Part shown: positions 41,261 to 41,304 of the stretch, one piece after another
Numbering within the stretch: the stretch's first letter is position 1
Layout of the letters: every line of letters begins with the position of its first letter
Virus record (IMG/VR): IMGVR_UViG_3300044518_000009
Span: 1-41,304 of that record
Length of the DNA stretch: 41,304 bases
Reading direction: 5' to 3' (one strand)
From: a virus
Taxonomy: Duplodnaviria; Caudoviricetes
The notes under the pieces: model-generated
Databases searched by the model: none
The model's input: the letters and a program-made list of their open reading frames with translations, nothing else
What the model was told of the DNA's origin: nothing
Position numbers and translations under genes: made by a program

Positions 41261-41304
41261 AGAAGCCCTGAGCGCCCCGTAGACGCCCGTTCAACCCCCG
41301 GTCG
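41157..41304. repeat. Terminal direct repeat copy 2
   Basis: Matches 1-148 with one mismatch. Confidence 0.95.

Overview
The window is an essentially complete genome of a temperate, phiC31/phiBT1-related actinobacterial siphovirus, probably infecting Streptomycetaceae (inferred from gene content). Bases 1-148 repeat at 41157-41304 with one mismatch, so the unit length is about 41,156 bp. Nearly all genes are on the + strand. Order: accessory genes; early/replication module (PD-(D/E)xK exonuclease, GH25 endolysin, phiC31 gp3-like RDF, primase-helicase, family A DNA polymerase, sigma-like regulator, HNHs); small accessory ORFs; attP and large serine integrase; two tRNA genes; two HNHs; a putative cos site; HK97-type head and long non-contractile tail genes; membrane/holin-like genes; dNMP kinase; accessory genes; putative immunity repressor. 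The most notable non-coding signals are a complete type II pseudoknotted hammerhead ribozyme (38717-38779), 11 identical intergenic copies of a 22-bp perfect palindrome, two homologous ~95-bp AT-cored elements in inverted orientation (candidate origins), a 5-copy phage-specific promoter-like motif, a CTGAC-N5-GTCAG operator-like motif, and a hairpin whose loop is complementary to the phage's Shine-Dalgarno sequences. A protamine-like His/Arg/Lys protein follows the capsid gene, and the endolysin lies far from the holin-like genes. All calls are by eye; no database searches were run.
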